Positions 25,229 to 35,219 of a DNA stretch of 64,000 bases are shown one piece after another (position 1 is the first letter of the stretch; each line of letters starts with the position of its first letter). Source of the DNA: Squalus acanthias (taxonomy: Eukaryota); contig JASTWF010000034.1 of assembly GCA_030390025.1 (NCBI GenBank), positions 2,914,001-2,978,000 of the forward strand. Reading direction: 5' to 3'. The translations under genes and the position numbers were made by a program. The notes under the pieces were generated by a model that was not told the origin of the DNA, made no database searches, and worked only from the letters and a program-made list of their open reading frames with translations.

Positions 25229-26355
25229 TGTGAAAGAATAAGCCATATAACCTATTCAGAAAAATACACCATTCTATGAAAGAATTCTGGCCTTATTAAA
25301 ACATGACAAACTGGATCTGGAAATCTAGAAACCTAACTATGAAAATGCTGTGAAAGCATTCTGGCTGTAGAGATAAGATAGTTGTTGACACTGAATCAAT
25401 AACCTTATTGAAACAGAAGGTTAAAGGCTCCGGTAGTCTGACCTTTCGGAACAAGACAATGGTTCACCCAGGTTAAGGTGTTCTAATTTAGATTTTGTAA
25501 AGAAGCACAAACATCTGCCTTCGTAAAAATGACATCAAGTAAAACGCACCTGCCGTTACGCCGTTTTTTATGGTAAATTAAGAACACCTAGGGAAGAGAC
25601 ATAATTCTGTAATGCTGCCAGCTGTGGTGACTGTAAGAATTGCAGGGGTCAGCAGAAAAATCACCAGAGATAATTAGCTTACATCGGCAGAAAACCTTAA
25701 AGAAAATACCACTGGAAAAGGGTATAAATATTGAACTGTCAAATGGGATAGTAGACTCGCTTTAAGGGGCAAGGTGATTCTTGGCTTCAGAGGTGGCTCT
25801 GTATGTCTCCAACTCTATGTACCTCGGGTATCAAAGTTATTTGATTTTTGTGGATATCCTGTAGAAAATTAAGAACTGTAAAACTGTAGCGAAGTTAAGA
25901 TTTGAAAGTAAGGTTCTCTAATAATAGAATTGTAAGCTTTCTCTTTTTGGAACTGTTAATGTTGCGATTGACACACCAACTGTAAATTACATGTCGGTTC
26001 TTTAATAAATCTATATATTTTTAGAATTGTCTCAAGTAAGACTTCTGTATCAAACTCGCAAACTCAATCTCTGTACACTCTTTGGTGAGGAGTTGCAGAA
26101 TTCTGGGGAGTTGTCCAGACCCTCATAATATCCGGAACGTTACCGTCTATCTAAACTTATTAAAAGTGCTATCTGGAGGACGGTAACATTTTCAGGTTCT
26201 TCCTTTCCTTTAGGGAGAGATAGTCCGGACCTTTAGACCCAATTAAGCATCTTTAGGATTCGTCTACCTCAAAGTTTGGTTGAAAGTGAACGTCTGAAGA
26301 ATATGCTTGATCCGGGGTAGCCTTAAAGGGACTAGGACTAGTAATTATCCCTTCA
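25229..26355 (+). mobile_element. Solo LTR (1127 bp), ERV or Ty3/Gypsy
   Basis: TG...CA ends (tgtgaa...cttca); flanks tatc/gatc fit a 4-bp TSD with one mismatch; TATAAATA at 25723 and AATAAA at 26004; cleanly interrupts one satellite unit. Confidence 0.75.
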
Positions 26356-27572
26356 GATCAGCGTGTTGTAGTGAAGTGTATGGGTTAAACCAGAGAGTTA
26401 CAGTGAGACATGTGGGGTATATGACAGTGTTACAGTGAGGGGTGTGGGGTTATTCAGATAGTTAAAGTGAGTCGTGTGGGGTATATCAGTGTTTTGCAGT
26501 GAAGGGTTGTTGTGTATATCAGTATTACAGTGAGAGGTGTCTGATAAATCACAGTTTTACAGCGAGGGGTTTGGGGTATAACAGAGATTAGAGTGAGGGG
26601 CGTGGGGTATATCAAAGTGTTACAGCGAGGGGTGTGCGGTATATCAGAGTGTTAAAGTGGGGTGAGTGGGGTATATCGGTCTGTTACAGTGAGAGGTTTG
26701 AAATATGTAAGAGATGATTAAATTAAGGGGTTTATCAGTGCTACAGTGAGGTGTGTGAGGTATATCAGACTGTTAAATTGAGGGGAGCGGCGTATATCAG
26801 TGTGTAAGCATAAAGGGGTGTGGGGTATATCGGATTGTTACACAAAGCATGTGTGGGATATATCAGAGTGTTGCAGTCAGGAGAGTGGGTGTTCATCAGA
26901 GTGCTACAGTGAGGGGTGTGGTGTATATCAGAGTGTTACAGTCAGGGGTGTGGGGTTATATCAGTGTGTTACATTGAGGGGTGTCGGGTATATCAGAGTA
27001 TTACAGCGAGGAAAATGGAGTATATCAGCGAATGTTACAGTGAGGGGCGTGGTAATAACGGTGTGTTACCGTGAGATGTTTGGGGTATGTCATAGAGTGT
27101 TACAGTGAGGAGTGTGGGCTATATCAGAGTTATAGTGAGGGGTGTGGTTTGTATCAGTGTGTTACAGTGAGGGGTTGTGGGGTATATCAGATTATTATAG
27201 TGATTGTTGTGGGGTATAACAGTGTTACAGTGAGGTGTGTGGGGTATACCAGAGTGTCACAGTGAGGGATGTGGGGTGTATCATCAGAGTGTTACAGTGA
27301 GGGTTCTTCAGTATCTCAGAGTGCTACAGTGAGGGGTGTGGGGTATATCATTGTGTTACAGTGAGAGGTCTGGGGTATGAAAGAGAGTGGGGTGTATCTG
27401 AGTGTTGCAGTGAGCGGTGTGGGTATATCAGAGTATAGTGAGGTGACCAGAGTGTTACAGTGAGGGTTCTGGGGTATATCAGAGTGTTAAAGGGAATGGT
27501 GTGGGGTATATCAGTGTGCTAAAGTGATGTGAATGGAGCATTGCTCTGTAACTAGTCCATGGGTACCTGCCT

Positions 27573-27708
27573 GTTCCAATGAAAGGTCTAAGACCTGAAA
27601 CGTTAACTCTATTTCTCTCTCCACAGATGCTGCCTGACCTGCTGAGTATTCCCAGCATTTTCTGTTTTTACTTCAGATTTCCAGCATCCGCAGTATTTTG
27701 CTTTTGTG
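27573..27708 (+). mobile_element. Penelope terminal fragment with a mutated hammerhead core
   Basis: gttCCAATGAaaggtctaagacctGAAAcgttaac: CUGAUGA is altered to CCAAUGA. Confidence 0.75.
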
Positions 27709-27752
27709 CGCCTGCCTGGAATTGTTTGTTCGGACAGTATTGAGGGAGCTTT

Positions 27753-28960
27753 AAGAACATAAGAAATAGGAGCAGGAGTAGGCCATTTGGCCCTTCGAGC
27801 CTGCTCCGCCATTCAATATGATCATGGCTGTTCTTCTACCTCATCTCCACTTTCCTGCACTATCCCCATATCCCTTGATTCCCTCAATATTCAAAAATCT
27901 ATCGCTCTGTGTCTTGAATATACTCAATGATTGAGTCTCCACAGCTCTCTGGGCTATAGAATTTCAAGGATTCGCCACCCTCTGGATGAAGAAATTTCTC
28001 CTCTTCTCAGTCCTAAATGGCCGACCACTTATTCTGAGACTGTGACCCCTGGTTCTAGACTCCCAGGCCAGGGGAAACATACAAACATAGAATCTAGGAG
28101 CAGGAGTAGGCCATTCGGCCCGTCGAGCCTGCTCCACCATTCAATGCGATCATGGCTGATCATTCAAATCCAGTACCCTGTCCCTGCTTTAATCCCCAAA
28201 GTACACATATCCCACCCTACCCCCGTAACCCCACGTATTTAATTCCCCCCTAACACTAAGGTTCAATTTATCATAGCCAAATCAACCTAACCCGCACATT
28301 TTTGGACTGTGGGAGGAAACCGGAGCACCCGGAGGAAACCCACGCAGACACAGGGAGAATGTGCAAACTCCACACAGACAGTCACCCGAGGTCAGATTCG
28401 AACCCGGGTCCCTGGCGCTGGGAGGCACCAGTGCTAACCACTATGCCACCGTGTTGCCCATATTCCATCCTCCCTGCATCTAACCAGTCAAGCATAGTAA
28501 GCATTTTGTATGTTTCAATTAGATCACACCTCATTCTTCTAAACTCTAGAGAATGTAGGCTTCGTCTACTCAATCTCTCCACATAGGACAATCCCCCCAT
28601 CCCAGGAACCAGCCTGGTGAACCTTCCTTGCACAAGTATACCCTTCCTTAGGTAAGGAGACCAACACTGTACACAGTACTCCAGGTGTGTATCTCACCAG
28701 GGCCCTGTATAATTGCAATAAGATGTCTTTACTTTTATACTCAAATCCTCTTGTAATGACGGCCAACATACCTTTTGCTTTCCTAATTGCTTGCTGTACT
28801 TGCAGGTTAAAGTTCAGTGATTCGTGTACAAAGACACCCAGGTCCCTCTGAATACCAACATTTCCCAATCTCTCACCATTTAAAAAATACTCTGGTACGA
28901 AAAATAGAAATGCAAAGTGGATAACTTCACATTTCTCAGCATTATATTCCATCCACATAT
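27753..28960 (-). mobile_element. CR1 3' fragment with nested CR1 tail and SINE
   Basis: RT C-terminal ORFs 28566-28958 and 28382-28633; tail aagaacataagaaatagg at 27753. Confidence 0.88.
28200..28459 (-). mobile_element. HE1-type V-SINE
   Basis: Head gggcaacacggtggcatagtggttagc (A box), ggttcgaatc (B box), and V-domain gtgtggagtttgcacattctccctgtgtctgcgtgggtttcctccgggtgctccggtttcctcccaca. Confidence 0.85.
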
Positions 28961-30299
28961 TACGTCCACGTAAGTTATTAGAATATTAATCACAATGCAA
29001 CCAGACAATCAACAAATATAAAGTGCTGTAGTTCTTTAATTCACAATATTAAAAAGAACTGAACAAAATGGGTATCCGTATTTTCAACTTCAATAACTTC
29101 CATGAATAAACGTGGTCTTCTTGAACCAGCACACCACCCATGTAATAGGTGAGAAATGCAGCACTTATTCACAATTGCAGAAAAACACATACACAATTTG
29201 TGTCGCTGAATTATAAACAAAAAGCAGGAAAAACTGTGATTTAACAGAAATAAACATCTGCCTTTCTTTCTGGACAGAAGAACCAGTCAGACTGACTAGG
29301 AAATGTTTACTCATATGTTGATGTGAAGATTTATAATTTACCAATTTCGCTCCTAGTGTTTTTCTCTCAAACATTCTCCACAATATTATTCCCTGCTCTT
29401 ATCAAGAAAAATGTTGAATTATTTTAGGTACTTCACAATTAAAAGCGAGGAACAAACTTCATTGAACTCACAATTTTTCATCTCCTATATCAAACATTCA
29501 ATCGAATTGTACGTTATCAGTTTAATCAAAGTATTTTCTGTGTCTTTCTCAATAAACAAATAAAATAGTTTCCTGCAATTTTTTTACATCATTATATATC
29601 TCTTGTTTCTGTTAACACTTCCCTAAATGTTTAAGAGGAAATCTACATTTACATTATTGCTGTGACTTGTTAGGACTACAGAACGACAGGCAAAATAAAA
29701 GGTTTTGTGTTTTTCCATTTTTTCGTTCTCTTCCTATATGTCTTAATGGAATATTTTTTTAAAATTCATTTAAAATTAGTATTTAACTCCTACAAATCCT
29801 TCCCTGCCCTCCCCCTCCTCAACACCATGGTTGCATGTTTGTGTAAAGCTACTCACTTCACTTGATCGCTCACAATCAAAAATTGAGTAATTTCAATTTT
29901 AAAACATTTTAAGCATTTCAGAACCTCTTTAAAAACGTTTGGACTTCAAGACCTGGTTGAAACTTGTTTAGATGAGGAGGAAATTGATTTTTGCTTCTGT
30001 TTCTTCCAAAAATTATATTCAAAACTTAGGGGGGAAAAATGTTTTTAACACTCATTTATTGTGAAAAGTTCATTAAAAATCTTTAAATTCTTTCAAGTCT
30101 CATTGCAGCTTTGACAGAAGAAGTTGCTCCAAGTTTCTATTTCCCCCTTCAATGCTGTCGTTAAACATACAACAAAAAAAATAAAATAAAGTTTAATTCC
30201 AAACGGAGTTCAAATCAGAAAGTGAGTAACATGGTTAAACTTGCTAAGAAGGCGGCGAGGTTATCTCTCCCCAGCCCTGGCGATGAGTTGGGATCAGTG
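28960..30299 (-). pseudogene. Orphan terminal-exon-like fragment: possible GPI-signal C-terminus plus AT-rich 3' UTR
   Basis: Minus strand reads TDPNSSPGLGRDNLAAFLASLTMLLTF* (stop 30215-30217), then ~1.25 kb of AT-rich non-repeat sequence; paralog at 53895-55068. Confidence 0.4.
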
Positions 30300-30539
30300 C
30301 TGTACTTGCCCTGGGAGCATTTGATTGGGACAGTGCAGAGAACTTTAATCTTTATATAACCCGTACTATTATTGCCCGGGGAATATTTGATGTGGCAGTG
30401 CAGACGGAGCTTTACTTTGCATCCCGGGTGTTTGGGTATTGGGCCCCTCCACCAGCTCCAGCTCACTGTGCGAACTATGAATTTAATTGCGCAGGATCTT
30501 ACAGATCGCTGCGCGGCCAAGAACCTTCCAGGGAACATT

Positions 30540-30702
30540 GCTCAGCAGGTAAGGCAGCATCTGTGGAGAGAGAAACTGAGTCAATGTTTCAGGTCGATGA
30601 CCTTTCATCAGAAATGGAAAATCTTACTGATGTAACAGATTTTAAACAAGTACAGTGGCAGGGAAAAGAGGGTATGGGAGGAAAGAACAAAAGGGAAGGT
30701 CT
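30540..30702 (-). mobile_element. Penelope terminal fragment with a partly degenerate hammerhead
   Basis: Minus strand CUGAUGA-A-AGGUC-AUC-GACCU-GAAA-CAUU: core intact, helix III palindrome and stem I mutated. Confidence 0.75.
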
Positions 30703-31084
30703 ATGCTGTACCTGCCCTGGCTGTGTTTGGTGGGATTGGGTAGTGGGAGCTTTACTCCTGCTGTACTTGCCTTGGGAGAAATTGATGGCACAGTGCAGAG
30801 GGAGATTTACCCGTTACCTAACAGGTGCTGCACCTGCCGTGTAAATGTTTGGTGAGGCAGTGTAGAAGTAGCTTTTAACTGTAATTAACCCATGCTGTAC
30901 CTGCAATTGGAGTATTTAATGGGGACAATGAAGAGCGAAATTTACTCTGTATCTATCGTGTGCTGTACCTGCCCTTGGAGTGTTTAATATGACTGTGTAG
31001 AAGGAGCTTTACTCTTTATCTAACCTGTACCTGCCTGTGAGTGTTTGATGTGACAGTGCAGAGTGAGATTTACTTTGTATCTCC

Positions 31085-31455
31085 ATGTCCGTCCCTACCT
31101 CAGCTCATCTGCTGCTGATACCCTCAAATATGCCTTTGTTATCTCTGGACTTGACTATTCCAATGCACACCTAACCGGCCCCAGATCTTTCACCCTCCAT
31201 AAACTTAAGCTTAACCAAAACTCTGCTGCCATATCCTAACTCGCACCAAGTCCCGGTCACCCAACACTCCTGTGCTTGCTGACCAACACTGGCTCCCGGT
31301 CCAGCAACGCTTCAATTTGAAAATTCTCATCTTTGTTTTCAAATCCCTCCACGCGCTCTCCCTACCTATCTCTGTAACCTCCTCCAGCCCTACAACCCTC
31401 CGAGATATCTGCACCCCTCCAATTCTGGCCTCTTGAGCATCTCGGATTTTAATCG
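31085..31455 (+). mobile_element. L2-like LINE 3' coding fragment
   Basis: Degenerate RT C-terminus (LDYSNA...HWLPVQQRFNLKILIFVFKSLH); a related copy lies at ~51995-52225. Confidence 0.7.
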
Positions 31456-32136
31456 CTCTTGCGGCTATATTTTTATCTTTATTCCCCCATCTCTCTCTTT
31501 CTTTTAATCTCTTTCTGCAGCTGTAACTCTCCGTATATCTTTCTACTTCTTTTCTTGATCGCTGTCTATGTATTTCTCACTATCTGCGTTCTGGTCCCCA
31601 GTTTCTCTCACTGGTTCTCTGGGAATTTGGGAGTGATGAAATGTAAGAATGAAAGATGCTTTATTTAAATTTGGGGAGACAGGCGGTGAGGGTCCCTGGT
31701 TACATTTGGGGCCAGTGGGATACAGACGCAGGCTGTACAGTCAAAGAGGCGTGTCCTGTATCTCTACAGCTTTCTTTATTTCTCTGTATCTCTCCCTCTC
31801 TGTATATCTCTGAACCTCACTCTTTATGTGGCTCTCTGTATATGAATCTCTATTTATCTGTTTCTTGCTTTATATGTCTGTATCTCTCTATACCTTTCCT
31901 TCATCTCTTTATAATTCTTTATTTGTTGAAATCTCTACATCTCTCACTTTGAATCTCCCTCTACACTGTCCCATCAAACACTCCCAGGGCAGGTACTGCA
32001 CGGGTTAGATACAGAGTAAAGCTCCCTCTACACTGTCACATCAAACACTGATGCGGAGATGCCGGTGTTAGACTGGGGTGGACAAAATTGAGAGGTCGCA
32101 CAACACCAGGTTATAGTCCAACAGTTTTATTTGAAA

Positions 32137-32178
32137 TCACAAGCTTTCGGAGCTATCGATTGCTCCTTCCTCAGGTGA
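32137..32178 (-). ncRNA. Minimal hammerhead ribozyme in the Penelope pseudo-LTR
   Basis: UCAC-CUGAGGA-A-GGAGC-AAUCGAUA-GCUCC-GAAA-GCU-U-GUGA, with palindromic AGCU helix III. Confidence 0.82.
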
Positions 32179-32571
32179 AGTAAATTAGATACAGAATCGC
32201 CAAAGCATATATAGATAGAAAACAAAGCATGTGTACCTTACAATTGCAGACCACTAAATTAAATCATCCTGACTATCTGCCGAGGTGTGATAAAGTTAAT
32301 TAAGTCAGCCAGGAAGGTACCACATCAAAGACATAGCAAGATACAACTGAGACAATGAGGTGTAGTCGCAGGGGTTCTAACGTGTGAAAAGCTGCCGTCT
32401 GTATGTAAAACGAAAAGCTTTAAAATTTTTACTTTTTTACTGGGAAAATTTTTACTTTTTTACTGGGAATCACATCTGTGAACAAGCTAACGACGACTCG
32501 AGTCCGGATCACGTCATGTATCGTGACATAAACCCAAAATCCCGATTGAGACCGTCTTCATGAGTGCGGAA

Positions 32572-33495
32572 CTAGGCTATCAGTTTCTGCTCGATGATTT
32601 TGCGTTGTCGTGTGTTTCTAAGGTTGCCTTGGAGAACGCTTACCCGCAGATCCGAGGCTGAATGTCCTTGACTGCTGAAGTGTTCCCCGACTGGGAGGTA
32701 ACAATCCTGCCTGGCGATTGTTGCGCGGTGCTCGTTCATACGTTGTCTCAGTGTCTGCATGGTCTCGCCGATGTACCATGCCGCGGTGCATTCTTTCCTG
32801 CAACGTATGAGGTAGACAACGTTGGCCGAGTCACATGAGTATGTACCATGTACCTGGTGGGTAGTGTCCTCACGTGTGATGGTGGTATCTGTGTTGATGA
32901 TCTGGCATGTCTTGCAGAGTTTGCCATGGCAGGGTTGTGTGGTGTCGTGGTCGCTGTTATCCTGAAAGCTGGGTAATTTGCTGCGAACGATGGTACTTCT
33001 GAGGTTAGGCGGCTGTTTGAAGGCAAGTAGTGGAGGCGTGGGGATGGCCTTAGCGAGGTGTTTGTCGTCATCGATGACATGTTGAAGGCTGCGAAGAACA
33101 TGGCGTAGTTTCTCCGCTCCGGGGAAGTACTGGACGACGTAGGGTACCCTGTTGGTTGTGTCCCGTGTTTGCCTTCTGAGGAGGTCTATGCGATTTTTCG
33201 CTGTGGCCCGTCGGAACTGTCGATCGATGAGTCGAGCGTCATATCCCGTTCTTACGAGGGCGTTTTTCAGCGTCCGTAGGTGTCCATCGCGTTCCTCCTC
33301 GTCTGAGCAGATCCTGTGTATTCGCAGGGCTTGTCCATAGGGGATGGCTTCTTTAACATGGTTAGGGTGGAAGCTGGAGAAGTGGAGCATCGTGAGGTTG
33401 TCCGTGGGCTTGCGGTAGAGTGAAGTGCTGAGGTGTCCGTCTTTGATGGAGATTCGTGTGTCCAGGAATGAGACCGATTCTGAGGAGTAGTCCAT
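32572..33495 (-). CDS. Penelope RT C-terminus/thumb plus GIY-YIG endonuclease (partial, open frame)
   Basis: SFLDT...YRKPT...SFHP, followed by CKTC, NVVYLIRC and YIGET..LRQRMNEH...VGEHF. Confidence 0.88.
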   Translation of the reverse strand: MDYSSESVSFLDTRISIKDGHLSTSLYRKPTDNLTMLHFSSFHPNHVKEAIPYGQALRIHRICSDEEERDGHLRTLKNALVRTGYDARLIDRQFRRATAKNRIDLLRRQTRDTTNRVPYVVQYFPGAEKLRHVLRSLQHVIDDDKHLAKAIPTPPLLAFKQPPNLRSTIVRSKLPSFQDNSDHDTTQPCHGKLCKTCQIINTDTTITREDTTHQVHGTYSCDSANVVYLIRCRKECTAAWYIGETMQTLRQRMNEHRATIARQDCYLPVGEHFSSQGHSASDLRVSVLQGNLRNTRQRKIIEQKLIA

Positions 33496-33538
33496 GGTGA
33501 GTTTGATGGTGGGATGGAACTTGTTTATGTTATCGTGT

Positions 33539-34025
33539 CATCAAACACTGCCAGGGCAGGTACAGCAGGGGTTAGATACAGTGTAAAGCTCCCTCGACGC
33601 TATCCCATAAAACACTCCCAGGGCAGGTACAGCACGGGTAATATACAGAGCAAAGCTCCCTCTAAACTGTCCAATCAAACACTGACAGGGCAGGTACAGC
33701 ACGGGATAGATACAGAGTAAAGCTCTCTCCGCACTGTCCCATCAAGCAATCCCAGGGCAGGTACAGCACAGGTTAGATACAGATTAAAACTCCCTCTACA
33801 CTGTCCCATCAAAAACATTCAGAGGGCAGGTACAGCACGGGATTAGTTACAGAGCAAAACTCTCTCTGCATTGTCCCATTAAACACACAGAGGGCAGGTA
33901 CACCACGGGATTAGATACAGAGTAAAACTCATTCTACACTGTCATTTCAAACACTCCCAGGGCAGGTACAGCACGGGATTAGATACAGAGCAACGCTCCC
34001 TCCACACTGTCTCATCAAAGACTCG
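33539..34025. repeat. 67-bp satellite, reverse orientation
   Basis: Repeated units of cccatcaaacactcccagggcaggtacagcacgggttagatacagagtaaagctccctctacactgt. Confidence 0.9.
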
Positions 34026-35090
34026 CAGGTAAATCCGTGCTATAACTGCCCTGAGAGTATGGTGCAAGGGGGAGGGATTCAAATTCCTGGGACATTGGAA
34101 CCGGTTCTGGGGGAGGTGGGACCAGTACAAACCGGACGGTCTGCACCTGGGCAGGGCCGGGACCGCTGTCCTAGGAGGAGTGTTTGCTAGTGCTGTTGGG
34201 GAGGATTTAATCTAATGTGGCAGGGGGTTGGGAACCTGAGCAGGGAAACAGAGGAAAGCATGTCAGGAAGGGACAGAAGGTATGGAGTAAAAGGTAACGT
34301 GTTAAATAAGGTAAAAGCAGGAAGTAAGTGTCGCAAAACACATTTGAAAGTTCTTTATCTGAATGCACGTAGCATTCGTAACAAAATTGATGAGTTAACG
34401 GCACAAATAACTATGTATGGGTATGATCTTGTGGCCATTACAGAAACATGGCTGCAGGGTGACAACGTCTGGGAATTAAATATGCCAGGTTATTTAACAA
34501 TCAGGAAGGACAGGCTATGTTAATAAAGGAAGGAATCACTGTAATACTGAGAAATGATATTGTGTCAAAAGATCAGGATAATGAAACAGTTTGGGTAGAG
34601 ATAAGGAATAATAAGGGGAAAAAAACACTGGTTGGCGTAGTATATAGGCCTCCTCATAGTTGCAACTCTGTTGGAAGAAGTATTAATAAGGAAATAGTTG
34701 GGGCATGTAATAAGGGAACAGCTATAATTATGGGTGATTTTAACTATCATATTAACTGGAGAAATCAAATTGGGCAGGGCAGCCTTGAGGAAGAGTTTAT
34801 TGAGTGTCTTAGGGATGGATTTCTTGAGCAGTATGTAACTGATCCTACAAGGGGGCAAGCAACCTTGGACCTGGTACTGTGTAATGAGTCAGGATTAATT
34901 AATAATGTCCTAGCTAAGGATCCCCTTGGATTGAGTGACCATAACATGGTTGAATTAGAGGGTGAGAAGGTTGGTTCTCAAACAAGCATGCTGAGCTTGA
35001 ATAAAGGAGACTATGATAGTATGAGAGCAGAATTGATTAAAGTGGACTGGGAAAATAGATTAAAGGGTAAGACGGTACATGAGCAGTGGT

Positions 35091-35219
35091 AACAACAGAA
35101 AACGCTGGAAAAACTCAGCAGGCCAGGCAGCATCCGTGGAGAGAGAAAGAGAGTTAACGTTTCAGGTCGATGACCTTTCGTCAGAACTGTGAAGAGCCGG
35201 AAATCAAATAGATTTAAGG
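35091..35219 (-). mobile_element. 129-bp Penelope-derived insertion with 12-bp TSD
   Basis: TSD atgagcagtggt at 35079-35090 and 35220-35231, inside CR1 ORF2. Confidence 0.88.
35152..35188 (-). ncRNA. Minimal hammerhead ribozyme
   Basis: AGUU-CUGACGA-A-AGGUC-AUC-GACCU-GAAA-CGU-U-AACU: perfect core and stems. Confidence 0.85.

Larger units (their letters stand above)
23765..27530. repeat. Degenerate ~32-bp GT-rich satellite, interrupted by CR1 fragments and an LTR
   Basis: Unit approximately cagagtgttacagtgaggggtgtggggtatat, at 23765-24327, 25150-25228 and 26356-27530. Confidence 0.9.
32051..33538 (-). mobile_element. 5'-truncated Penelope-like retroelement with 12-bp TSD
   Basis: TSD catcaaacactg at 32039-32050 and 33539-33550; inserted in the 67-bp satellite. 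Confidence 0.92.

Noticed and set aside
29165..29383. Paralogous 72-aa ORFs (also 54096-54314)
   Set aside because: Non-ATG starts in AT-rich UTR-like DNA; the similarity is explained by the DNA duplication.
30500..30540. DNA-transposon TIR-like ends (cagggaacattg; also caatgttccctcta at ~38973)
   Set aside because: Short isolated fragments with no paired terminus or TSD.
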